This document shows positions 31,299 through 44,538 of a DNA stretch of 64,000 nt, piece by piece (position 1 is the first letter of the stretch; each line of letters starts with the position of its first letter). The position numbers were made by a program, and so were the translations under genes. Origin of the DNA: Piromyces finnis finn (Eukaryota > Fungi > Neocallimastigomycota); NCBI GenBank assembly GCA_002104945.1, contig MCFH01000036.1, positions 503,929 to 567,928 on the forward strand, in the 5' to 3' direction. A model generated the notes under the pieces. It worked only from the letters and a program-made list of their open reading frames with translations, had not been told where the DNA came from and made no database searches.

Positions 31299-31943
31299 TT
31301 ATTGTACTAGAATTGTACGACGTTGAGTTTTTGGTATTGAAATTTTAGGAATAATAACTTCTAATACTCCATTTTCCATTTTGGCTTCAATCTTTTCAAT
31401 ATCTCCTGTTTCAGGAATACTAAAGGATCTTGAAAATTTACCATATTCACATTCCATTTTTGAATATTTCATTCCTTCAACATTATTTTTCTTTGCTCTT
31501 TCTCCTGAAATACTAATAATATTATCTTCTGATAATTCCATATGAATTTGTTCTTTACTCATTCCTGGTAAATCAATTTGAATATAGTAATTCTTTTCAT
31601 CTTCACATAAGTTATTCTTTGGACGGAAATCAACTAATTTATAAACATCTTTATCAAATGGATGATAGGATGATTGTCCTTTAACACTAGATTTTGTATT
31701 TGATTTACCGGCGGTAGCTTTTGTATTTGGTTTAGCAGTGGTGGTGGCATTAGAATGAAGATGAGTAGGATAAGCATAAGGAGGATAACCAAAGAAGAAA
31801 CCAGGGAAAGCAGCGGAAGTGAAAGGATGAGAATAGTCTTCACCGTCATCAGATAAATCACACTTGTTATCATCCAAGATAGAATTATTTAAGATAGAAC
31901 GGTCACTTTCACGAATTGGATCATTTAAAAAGAATAAAGACAT
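31299..31943 (-). CDS. hsp20: Small heat-shock protein, copy F
   Basis: 214 aa, same motifs. Confidence 0.95.
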   Translation of the reverse strand: MSLFFLNDPIRESDRSILNNSILDDNKCDLSDDGEDYSHPFTSAAFPGFFFGYPPYAYPTHLHSNATTTAKPNTKATAGKSNTKSSVKGQSSYHPFDKDVYKLVDFRPKNNLCEDEKNYYIQIDLPGMSKEQIHMELSEDNIISISGERAKKNNVEGMKYSKMECEYGKFSRSFSIPETGDIEKIEAKMENGVLEVIIPKISIPKTQRRTILVQ

Positions 31944-32249
31944 TTTTGATATTTTGATATTTTGATATTTTTAAAATTTTTAAAAATTTTTATAATTAAT
32001 AAAACTTAATATTATTTTATATTATTTTATAACTTTATTTTTTATTTTTTATTATTATTATTATTATAATATTTATAATAAATATCTATTATAATTAATT
32101 AAATCAATTGATGATTTTTTTAAAACTTTAGAGAATTTTAATTATTTTTATATTGGATTTATGATTAATATGAATAATAAGTATTAATAAAAAGCATTTT
32201 ATTAATAAAGAAAAATACAGAAATAAAACATATAGTATAATGTAGAAAT

Positions 32250-32269
32250 AATGTAGAACATTGTAGAAA
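32250..32269. promoter_or_regulatory. Short HSE-like element in the F/G spacer
   Basis: aATGt aGAAc aTTGt aGAAa, within a triple TGTAGAA direct repeat. Confidence 0.4.
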
Positions 32270-33448
32270 AATATATTACATTTACATTATGGAATTTTTT
32301 TTAGTTTTATGGAAAAGTTTTTTTATAGACCTTATAATTACATGATATATCAATTTTTAAATGTATAATATAAATTTAAAATAAAATCAAATAAAAAGAG
32401 ATAATTAATTAAAAAAAAATTAGCAGTAGATGATATATCTGTTAAAAGGTAAAATTAATATGAAACTAATAAAATATATTTATCAAATCTAATGAAAAGA
32501 TTTACAAAAATACTAAAGCGAAGACTAAAATGTTATGTTAAAAAGCCATTTAATTTTTTTAAATTTCATAACTAAAATAGTTCTTTATAATATTAAATTA
32601 CATAGTGAAATGTAAAGTTTTCTAATTCTATATTAAATTTTTAGTCATCATTAATACGTTTTTAAACAATAATTTGTATTATGTTATTGATTATCAAATT
32701 ACAATTTCCATTAATAACTCTGCTTAAAAGAATAATGCATATTCATTTAAATAGAACTATTTTTAGTATAAGTTAAGAATAAAATAATTGAAGACTTGTA
32801 TTTTTTATTGTACTATTAATAAATTTTCTTGAAACGAACTATTATGAATATATTATCTTATTGTTTTTATCATATTTCTTTTTTTATTTATTAAATATGT
32901 ATATAATATAATAAGTTGATGCATCTTATTAAATAAACCTGTATCATGTTAAAAAGAAATCTATTTATTTCTGTCTTATTATTTTTCAATCTTTCTATAT
33001 TTTCTTTAAGAAAAAAAAATATATAAAGTTCTATTAATACATATTTAGTAAATACATTACATTATTACATTAATGTAAAATTAAACGTTTCCTTTAATTT
33101 CTTCATTTTAGAAAAATCAAGAATAAAGAAATTTGTAGAAGGAGTTGTAAGAATTTTATTTTACATTAATTTAAAAAATAATTAAATTGTTATTATTTTT
33201 ATTTATGAAATATATTTTGTTTTTTAATCATAAATCCAATATAAAAATAATTAAAATTCTCTAAAGTTTTAAAAAAATCATCAATTGATTTAATTAATTA
33301 TAATAGATATTTATTATAAATATTATAATAATAATAATAATAAAAAATAAAAAATAAAGTTATAAAATAATATAAAATAATATTAAGTTTTATTAATTAT
33401 AAAAATTTTTAAAAATTTTAAAAATATCAAAATATCAAAATATCAAAA

Positions 33449-34093
33449 ATGTCTTTATTCTTTTTAAATGATCCAATTCGTGAAAGTGACCGTTCTATCT
33501 TAAATAATTCTATCTTGGATGATAACAAGTGTGATTTATCTGATGACGGTAATAATTATTCTCATCCTTTCACTTCCGCTGCTTTCCCTGGTTTCTTCTT
33601 TGGTTATCCTCCTTATGCTTATCCTACTCAACTTCATTCTAATGCCACCACCATTGCTAAACCAAATACAAAAGCTACCGCCGGTAAATCAAATACAAAA
33701 TCTAGTGTTAAAGGACAATCATCCTATCATCCATTTGATAAAGATGTTTATAAATTAGTTGATTTCCGTCCAAAGAATAACTTATGTGAAGATGAAAAGA
33801 ATTACTATATTCAAATTGATTTACCAGGAATGAGTAAAGAACAAATTCATATGGAATTATCAGAAGATAATATTATTAGTATTTCAGGAGAAAGAGCAAA
33901 GAAAAATAATGTTGAAGGAATGAAATATTCAAAAATGGAATGTGAATATGGTAAATTTTCAAGATCCTTTAGTATTCCTGAAACAGGAGATATTGAAAAG
34001 ATTGAAGCCAAAATGGAAAATGGAGTATTAGAAGTTATTATTCCTAAAATTTCAATACCAAAAACTCAACGTCGTACAATTCTAGTACAATAA
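33449..34093 (+). CDS. hsp20: Small heat-shock protein, copy G
   Basis: 214 aa, same motifs. Confidence 0.95.
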   Translation: MSLFFLNDPIRESDRSILNNSILDDNKCDLSDDGNNYSHPFTSAAFPGFFFGYPPYAYPTQLHSNATTIAKPNTKATAGKSNTKSSVKGQSSYHPFDKDVYKLVDFRPKNNLCEDEKNYYIQIDLPGMSKEQIHMELSEDNIISISGERAKKNNVEGMKYSKMECEYGKFSRSFSIPETGDIEKIEAKMENGVLEVIIPKISIPKTQRRTILVQ

Positions 34094-34455
34094 ATTAATA
34101 TGTGGATAATAAACTATAATTATTTTATTGAGTTTTGAATTGTATATATTTTTTAAAATCTTACTTTTAAATATTAAATAATTAAATAATTATATAAATA
34201 TTAAAATTTTATAAATTTTGTAAATATAAATGTAATATTCTATCGTTTTATTTATTACTTGAAAGAAAAAATAAAATAAAATTAAAAAATTTTTATATAT
34301 ATTTCTATAAAAAATATATAAATATATATAAATTAAATAAGCTTAATAATAAAATAAAAAAATAAAATAAAATAAAATAAAATAAAATAAAATAAATAGC
34401 TATAAAAGAATAATTTGGAGTTTAAAATTTATTAGTGTCATTTAAAAAATTTGAT

Positions 34456-34527
34456 TGGAGTTGGCGGGAATCGAACCCGCGGCTTTTCGCATGCGAAGCG
34501 AACACTCTACCACTGAGTTACAACCCC
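34456..34527 (-). tRNA. trnA-CGC: tRNA-Ala, anticodon CGC
   Basis: 72-nt cloverleaf GGGGTTG-TA-ACTC AGTGGTA GAGT-G-TTCGC TT CGC AT GCGAA-AAGCC-GCGGG TTCGATT CCCGC-CAACTCC-A. It has the G3:U70 Ala identity pair and A73, and a T6 run follows (Pol III terminator). Confidence 0.97.
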
Positions 34528-35197
34528 AAAACAATTTTTGAATTTTAATAATAATAATAAATATATTGAAAGTTTAATACTCGTGGAAAATTTGTCATGA
34601 ATATTAGTGGATTCATGATTATTTATTTAATTAGTGTTTTATTCGTTTAATTAATTAGAAATATTTTATTATAAAACATAATTAAATAATATTTTAAGAA
34701 ATATTAATTAATTATAATTATTAAGATTTTATATTTATTAAAGTTTGAATTAATATTTCTTTGTTCATTTGATTAAGAAGGAAATTAAAACTAAATTATA
34801 AAATAATCATTCCTTCTACAAATGATTGATAATATGACTTTTATAATTATTAAATTTAACACGAGTGAAAAGTCATATATAATTAATATATAATTAATTT
34901 ATAGAATAGTTAATATAAATAATTAGTCATGTATTAAATTTAAAATGTATTCCTTAATATTAGAGATAGGATAAATACTCGAGAAAATTCCTATCATTAG
35001 GAATTTCGAGAGTTCATTACATTTAATATTTACTCTAATTATAATAATAACTAATAAATAAAGATTTTTCTTTAAATAAAAATTTATTAATAAATAAAGT
35101 TAATAAAATATTATTTATTTAAAAATTTACTAATTCATTTATTTAATTAATTAATAAACTTAGGGTAAATATGTACGTTCCGACCTAACTGAAGTGA

Positions 35198-36314
35198 AAT
35201 CCTTAACAAAATTTGTGAAGATATTAACTGGATTTAAAACAAATTCAGATAATATCTATAATTAGTTAAACATAAAAATTATAATTAAATAATAATTTCA
35301 ATTATTATTTTAAAATATCTTTAACTTTTGATATTTGATTTAGTGAAAGGGTTATGACTTCAAAAATTTTATGTCAATACACTATAACCCTTAACAGAAA
35401 ATAAATAAACAAGGCTCAACTTGCTAAAATGAAACCAAGCATATTAGATAGTTTAAGGGAAAGCTGCATTTTGGTACAATCGCGATCCTTCTAGTTGGAT
35501 ATTTGAGGAATATATGATTATTTAAATATTTTAATAGGTAAATTAAAATCAGTATGATATCAAATATTTCTTATACCTTTATAAAAATTAAAAATATATC
35601 GATAAGAATTCTAGTTATATTAAATTAATAAAAATGATTGTTACTAAAAATAGAACTAATTTAGGTGTAGCAGTTATCATACATAAATGAAATAATTTTA
35701 GTTGCAAGTTTCAATATTAAAAAATAATTTTTAAAATAATAATTATTTAGTTATAGCAAACATATTATTATCAATTAATAATGATGAATTATTAATTGAA
35801 TAGTTTTTATAATTATTAATTATAATCAAATGATTAATTATATGGTTATGTTATTTTATTTTAAACAGTTTTAATAATTTATTGTATTATATATATTATT
35901 TATTAATTACATGTAATACTTTATTCTTGTCAATTTAACAATTTTAGCAAAAGATATAAAATAGAATGAATTGAATTCGATTTTAATTCTTTGTAAAAAT
36001 AATTATAATCTTAATTATATAGTTATTATATATATATATATTATTAAATAATTAAAATTTATAATAAAGTTATTTTAAAAACAAATATTAAATTTACTCA
36101 TTTGAATGTTATATTATAATTAAATTTAATTTTTTAAAAAACATTTTTACTATATAACCAAACCCTAAAACTTAACAAAATTTGTTAGAGTACTATAACT
36201 GGATTCAAAACAACTTCCAGATAATATTATTACTAATTCAATACATAAATTACATTAAATAATTAAAATAGTTATTTAAGTATGTTAATTTTAATACTCA
36301 AATTTAAAGGGTTA
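35198..36314. repeat. Diverged ~155-bp element present twice (35198-35354 and 36161-36314)
   Basis: Shared core CTTAACAAAATTTGT..AACTGGATT(T/C)AAAACAA(A/C)TTC(C)AGATAATAT and shared end AAAGGGTTA. Confidence 0.65.
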
Positions 36315-37057
36315 GAGGGATAAATGCTTAATATCAAGAAAACATAATTCTTTATAAAATATATTACAACAACTATAAATAAAATTTGTTATTAAAAAAA
36401 AAGTGGCGGCTTTTTGGCCAAGTAGATGATAACTTAGGAAAGTTTTTTTTTATTAATTTGAACTTTTTAATTATTTAAATTAATTTTCATAATAATTTGT
36501 AAAATTGTTCATACATCAAATAATTATATATGAATATAATTATTCATTAAAACTATTATTACAATTAAAAATAATATTTATTGGTATTTTCTTCACAAAA
36601 TAAATGTGATGTAATTATATTATTCATAATATTATATTTGCATTTAAATATCCTGATATATATAAAAATGAAATTATAATTATTTAAAAAATAATAGTTA
36701 AATTTATATTTATATTTTTGTCATTATATTAATAAATTATTCTTCAATAATGAAATAAACATTATTTATTATGTGTAACATTTCAAAAAAATTAATATAT
36801 AATTTTATTTGTTTTATTTTTCTTTATTAAAAGTGAACATTGTTCAATATACGAATTCTACTTCCATTGACAATAAATTTCAAAAAAAAAAAAATTTTTT
36901 TATTATTTTAAATAAAAAATTATTCTTTAATTTAATCTTTAGAAATTATAGAAAATTAGATTATTTTTTTCATTAAAAATAAAATTAAAAAAAAAAAAAA
37001 AAACAATTTTATTGTTACTGTACAATATAAAAATATTAATAATGAGATATAGTTAAA

Positions 37058-40000
37058 ATGGTTCTGAATGAATTACATAATTGGAATAAGTAAGTATGAA
37101 TGTATAAATTGTTTATTAATGCTATATATATATTTTAAAATAAAATAAAAAATTATAATTTATTTATTTATTATTTTTTTTAATAAAGAATCAATGATAC
37201 TTGTAAATTTATAGTTAATAACCCAGACATTGGTATTATTAATATTTAAAAAATATAAAAATAATATTAAGTAAAATAAATTATATACATTATATTTTAT
37301 TTAATTATTATTTTTTGAAATAACAATTAATTATATTTTTATATGTTACTAATGATATAGATTCAATATATATTGAGATGAATGGATTAATTAGCGATAC
37401 ATTACATTATTCTGGAAAGGCTATGGATACATATATATATGATGAAAGAGAATTCGCAAATATTGTTTTTGATAAAATTAACAATATTGTTAATAAATTG
37501 AAACCTAAAAAGTTTTTAGGTATATTTTTCGATGGAGTTTCCCCAAAGGCTAAGATGAATTTACAAAGACAACGTCATATACGTGAATACTATAAATATA
37601 CTAACCAATATTCTTTAAAATATAATTCAATTTCTATTGGAACTGAATTTATGAAAACACTTTCTGATATAATTGAAGAAAAAATAAAAGAGATAAAAAT
37701 TAAGAAAGATTTATCTTGGAAAAAAATCAAAGTTATTTTTTCAGGACCTAATGTAGTTGGCGAGGCAGAATATAAAATACTTGATTATATAAAACGAAAT
37801 AAAACAGCAAATTCCAATAATGGATGTTATTACGAAAGAGGATGTATCTACTCTTCCAATAATAATTTTTATTTACTTTTGTTAGCTAATCATCAATATA
37901 CCTTTTCAATATATAATGAGTCCAATAATATGAACAGCAAATCAAGAAATAAAATTTTCTTTTCGATAAAAAGGTTTCGTCAGGCTATTTTAGATATGTT
38001 GTTTCCAAATTCAAATAAGGAAGATCACGACAGAATTATTGATGATTTTATTTGTCTAAGCTTTTTATCAGAAAATAACTGCTTACCTGGAGTTTATGAT
38101 GTTCTTTTTGATGATATTATTGATGTATATAGAGAAAATTACAAAACATTTGGATTTATTAATGACAAAGGAAATTTAAAGGAAGAAAATCTTAAAATGT
38201 ATTTAATTGAATTGAAAAATAAAATTAATTTTATTAATAAATTAATTTATTATTTTGATAATAAATTAAATAAAAAAGAAGATGATACATCAAATAATGA
38301 TAATGATATATATCATGATAATAAGGATAATAATTATATCGTTAAATTTGGTATGATTATAAATATTAAAGAATAGGAATAGAAATACACCTAGAGTAAT
38401 AATTAATAAAAATTAATTATTTATATAATATATTGTTAATACTAGATTTTGTAGATAATTATATTATTAAAAGGAATATCCTTTCTGATGTCTTAAGTTT
38501 CATAAATGACTCAAATTCAAAATCAATAGCTATTAATTATAAAGATCCGATTTCCATCAAATATCTAGAATTTATTTGTTCTAAATTTAACTTAGAATGT
38601 CATGTAGGAAAGTATCAAATCAAAATTATCGATTATGTTAATCAAAGAAAAACACATGATATTAATGAATTTGAGAATTATTGTAAGCAAAATAATTTAA
38701 ATATTAATGACCTTAAAAATTTAAGCAAAGAAAGTGCTTATGAAATCAAATCACACTGTAAAAACTTAAATATTAATTTTATGGAAACAATTTATTCAGC
38801 TATTTCAAAAAATCCAGAAAATGATTATTCTCATATTATGGTGCAAATTAAATTAGAAATTGATTATAGGCATAATCTTTTCTTAAAGAAAAAGAAACAT
38901 TATTATAAGGTTATAATTAAAAATCAATAAATTTCTTTTTTTTTACAATAGATAATATAAATGTAGTAGCTTATATAACATTTTTTATATTATTGCCTTT
39001 TTATATAATTATTAATATATGAATTTAAAGAAAAATATTCCAAATTGTAATAAAAAAGAATTAGTTAATCAATATATTGAAGGTATTAAATGGATGCTTA
39101 AAACCCATTATGATAAAATTCCATCGTGGAGCTGGTATTACAAATATCGTTGCTGGAAAAATGATTGCAATAGTTATGGTCCTTTTATTTCTGGTATTTG
39201 TTAATGTGTTAAATCATTATGATTATAATTTGTATTTTCTTTAATAAATTTCATTAAACATACCAATAATCAATAATACTAATACATATGTATTTTAAGA
39301 TCTTTGTGAATTTCAAGAAAATCCGGATTTTAAATTTTCACAAGATGAACCTCTTAGCCCATTTATTAATTTATTAATAATTTTACCATTTGAAAGTTTT
39401 AGTTTACTTCCAAGTTCTTATAGAAAGGTATATCTATATTATATTATTATTATTATTATTATTTTTATATAATAAATATTAAATATAACTATAACAATAA
39501 AAAAAGTTTTTGAATTCAGAAGAGTTACAAAAATTATATCCAAAAATAGATAGTTTTCCAGATAAAAGCTCAATGTTTAAAAGTCTTTCATCGCTTCCAC
39601 TTTTTGATGCGACCATTTATAATGAAAAAATTAAAGGTATTATTAAAGTATAAAATGAATAGAAGTAATAATATTTTTATTAAAGAAAATTAATTATTAA
39701 TATTAGAATTAAATGACTCTCTTACAAATGAAGAAAAAGCAAGAAATAGTTTTGGTTCAAATAAAGAATATCATTATTACAAGTATTTTTTTTATAATAT
39801 TTCATAATTTTATATAATTAAATAATTAAAATTCTAAATTAATTTATGTTATTTATTCTTATAACAACAATAATAATATTTATTTAAATAGCGATATAAT
39901 TCAACTCAGTATAAATAGTCAGATTGAGAAATTAATTGAAGATAAAGATTATAAAAGTGCTCTCAATAAAATAAATAATTTAGTAATTATTTTCTCCTTA

Positions 40001-43000
40001 TTAAATAATATATTTTATATTTATTATTATTTAATAAAATTAATGTATAATTATCATTTAATATTAAAATATAATACTTTTAATTTTTTTGTTTATATAT
40101 TAATATTAACAAAAGATAAAAATAAATCCTAGTACAGATAATCTTTGTTGTCGTGCAAATATATATCTAAAAATGTATAAACATAAAGATGCAATGAATG
40201 AATGTAAGAAAGTACTTGAAAAAAATAATAAATGTATCTCAGCTATTTTAATTCTTGCAAAATGTAACAAACGCTATGGCTATATCAATGATGCGAAGGA
40301 AAATATTAAGAGAGGATTAGAGGTATCCAAAGAAAATATCCATTTAGCGAATCACATTCCGACTTTAGAAAATGAAGTAAATAATAAATCTAAATATTAT
40401 TCATTAAATATGAATTTGATAAAACTTAGATTTATATTTTATTTGTATAGAAACTATAATAATAAATTTTTTTAAAATTAATATTTACTTTAATATTATA
40501 CTATAAATAAATAGTTAAATAATATTTATGAAATAGAAAATTCAGTTAGTGAAGTAGACCATTTAATAAGAGAAGAAAAGTATAATGAAGCACTTGTAAA
40601 GTTAGAAAATGTAATGTTAAAATATGATATGGAACTTAATTCAATCATCCCATCCAATAATACATTAAGTATTTTAAAGAGTGATGAATTATGGAAAATT
40701 CCAATTAAATGGAGATTGTTAAGGGCTGAGCTATTACTTATGAATAATGATTATTATGAAGCATTGAACGCTGTTGAAATTTTACTTGATTCAAATAAAC
40801 CTTTTAAAAATTCTGAAGCTTTAACATTAAAATATAAATTATTATATATTATGGGTAAAAGTAATATGAAGGAAACGTTTGATGGTTTTCGTGAAGCCAT
40901 TAGTATTTTTAAAGGAAATAATAGAGCAAAAGTACTAATGAAAAAAATTCCCGAATTTGAAGAAAGAAAACAAAACATTCATGATGATTTTTTTGCAAAA
41001 GGAAAGTATGAAGAAGCTATCCAACAATATGATACATTAATAAGAGAACAAAAAGAAATTTATTTAAATGGAATAGGACGAGCTATTTTATTAAGAAATA
41101 AATGTACATGCTTATTGATGGTATTAAAAGAAATAATATTTATTAATTTACTCTTTTTTTTCTTTAAAGTTTATACAACTTTGTAAAATTTTAAAATATA
41201 TAACTAATATATTATAAATCTTTATTATTCTTTAATTATCAATGAAATTAAAAGTTAAGTAAATATCAAGAATGTATTAATAATGCTAGTGCAGCTATTG
41301 AAATATTAAATCATATTGTATTTTTAGAAGGAAAACCAAAAAGCATTAAAGATTATCAAGATTGTAATCAACATTCAATTTTCTTTGAGCTTTTTAAAAA
41401 AAGATCAGAAAGTTATATGAAAATCGAAGAATTCCGAAATGCAAGAGAAGACTATGAAATTTTAAAAATAATGAAGCCATATGATAAAAGTATATTAATA
41501 GAAAAATCATTTTAATAGATATTAATAAATTAAATACTATAATTTATTTATTTTCAAGTAATATATATTTAAATTTATCCTCTCTCTTTTTTGTTTTTCT
41601 TTATATAATATCAAATTAGAATTCAGATTTGAAGAATTATACGTAAGAATGGATAAGTAAATATTTTTCTGTGAATTATATATTAGTTATATTATAAAAA
41701 AAAAATAAATAATAATTTATTTATTTATTAAAAAAAAAATGATAGAGCTCTTATTTCTGAAGATAAAAAGGAGGAAGGAAATAAATTTTTCAAAAATGGA
41801 AACTATGAGGATGCATTAAAATATTATAATGATTCATTAGGTATAGTTAATATTCTTATACTATTATTACAATTATAATAGAAAACTTATTAAAATTGAT
41901 TTTACCTTTATAAAACAATAGAATTAAATTGGAGGAATAGTAAATCTCATTTTAATAAAGGATTACTATATATGAAACTTTTAAAATATAGTGAGGCTAT
42001 CAGAAGTTTTAAAAATGCATATAAATGGAATAATAAATATTATAAAGCTATTATTAATATTTCAAAATGTTACCTTCAAATGCTTCAACCAGGAAATTCC
42101 ATAAATGAGCTTCGTAAATTGAATATTAATAGCGATAACGAATTTTATATGGAATATAATAAGAAAGTAAATATATTTCTAATTTTATTTTATTTTTAGA
42201 AATTTCTATTTATTATAGTGTCATAGCATCATAGCACTAATATGAGCGATTGATTTTCTAATATTTATTTATTTTTGTATATTAAAAATTTTATAGTTAA
42301 ATTCCTCGAAAATAATTAATCAAATTTTTAATAGAATTAAATTCAGCAAGAAAATAACGGATTATAATGAACTTTTAGAATCCTACAAAAATGCTGATTT
42401 ATCTGGCTACTGTGAAGTTCTTATTCTCAAAAAACAAATTGAAATTTTAATCGTAAGTAGTTTATTTTCTTTTATATAATGAATCATATTTTTATTTTTT
42501 TTTATTAAAAAAAAAAAAAAAAAAGTAAAATTAAAATATATATCTTTTTTTTATTAAAAAATTTTATCTGACAATAATATTTTATTTCTCTAGAAAAATA
42601 AATCTTACGATGATGGTTTTACCTATTGTACAAAAGCTATTAATATATTGAATAATATATTGAATAATAATGATCAAGAATATAATTCAGAGACTCCACA
42701 TAAAGATATGTACGAAAATTTATTGAATAGTAGAATAAAATGCTCCAAAAATTTAAGAAAATATAATGATATTGTTTCTGATTATGAAATATTAATAAAA
42801 TTAGATATTGAAAATGGTAAAAGTATGTATATTTAAATAATTAATGAATAAAAAGTATATATAAAATTATATAGTTAAAATATTTATTACTTTATACTAC
42901 CAATAGATTCTAAAAAAGTAAATTATCATAAAGAAATAGCTGAAGCAAAAGAAAATGCAGAAAAGTAAATTTATTGTATAAATAATAATATATTTTAGAA

Positions 43001-44440
43001 AATCCTATTTAACTATAAAAAAATCATCATAACAAATTTAAGAAATAAATAATTTTATTAATATTAGTTTTTTTTATTTTAAAACTATTTTTTTATTTTT
43101 CATAAAATAAGGCTAAAACGGGCGGAAGAGTTAAGAAGTGAAGGAGTAAAAGTGTATAATAATAAAGACTATAAAAAAGCTAATCTTTTATTCACACTAG
43201 CTATTTGTACAGTATACCTTTAAATACTAATAAAATTACTTTATTAAAATACTAAAAACGATTCAATTTTTTAAAATTATAGATGCATGTCCATTTCCAA
43301 ACCCTACATATTATCATAATAGAGCAGCGACAAATATGATGATGTATATATATGAAGATGCAATTGATGATTGTATGAAAGCTCTAAATTATGATGAAAA
43401 ATACGTTTCTGTTTATAAAAAAATAGCAACTTGTTGTTTCCAACTAAACAAGCCAGATAATGCTATAAATATTCTTAAACAAGGAATTGCCTCATGCCCT
43501 ACAGATGATGAATTGAAAGAAAAAGTAACTTTTTTTTTTTTAAAAAAAAATACTAAAATAATTATATTCATACTACAACAACTACTACCACTACTATTAC
43601 TAATAATAATACATTTTCTTTCGTATATATTAATATATATTAGTTAAAGCAGGCTAAAATATTAAGCAATACAAAAAAGTCTATTAATAATACTTCATAT
43701 AAAAAGACTAAAATTAGATTATATAAGCAATTACTGAAAAAATATAATGACTATGGTATATTAGGATATGTTGATGTTTTAATATATAAAGAAATTTCAT
43801 TGAATTATAGAAATGTAAGTATTAAACATGAAAGTTATACTAATAAAAAAATAAAAATAGGAAAAAATAAAAGTATAAGTTTAATAATGGTGATTATTAT
43901 TTATTATTCATTATCTATTTAAAAAATTTATAGATAAATAATGTAGATGAATGCATTTCCAATATTACAAATTCTATAAACATATTATCAATATTATTAT
44001 GTAAAAGCGAAAAAGTTTCAGCTGAAACATATAAACAATCTTCTAAATGTCAATTATTTATTGAACTTTTTACTATTAGAACCAAAGCTTTAGTTTCTGG
44101 TAAATATTATGTTGATGCCCTTAACGATTGTTTCTGTTTACATACTATGGATCCAGATAATAATGGTAAATTGTTTCTTTTTTTTTTTTTTTTTTTTGTT
44201 TTGTTCTAAATAATTAAATAATTATACTAACTTTTTTTTTTTTTCCTTTTTTTTCTGAAAATACTTGTAAAACTATATATTAAACTTTTAGAAACTGAAA
44301 GATTGTTAATAGATTTACTTCGTATGAATGATTCATATCCACCCAGACAATACAGACGTTTTAAATTTAATGATACATCATTTAATAAGTCATCATATTA
44401 TAATAATTTCTCGAATAATAATTCATCAAATAATAATAGC

Positions 44441-44538
<98 letters not shown>

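Larger units (their letters stand above)
30990..34397. repeat. Large inverted repeat: arms ~30990-32168 and 33224-34397 (~1.17 kb each), 1055-bp spacer
   Basis: Non-coding flanks on both sides of Hsp20 F and G are reverse complements, e.g. TATTGGATTTATGATTAA at ~32151-32168 versus TTAATCATAAATCCAATA at 33224. Confidence 0.9.

Noticed and set aside
36406-36423. CGGCTTTTTGGCCAAG resembles U2 snRNA stem-loop I
   Set aside because: The invariant GTGTAGTA branch-recognition sequence does not follow.
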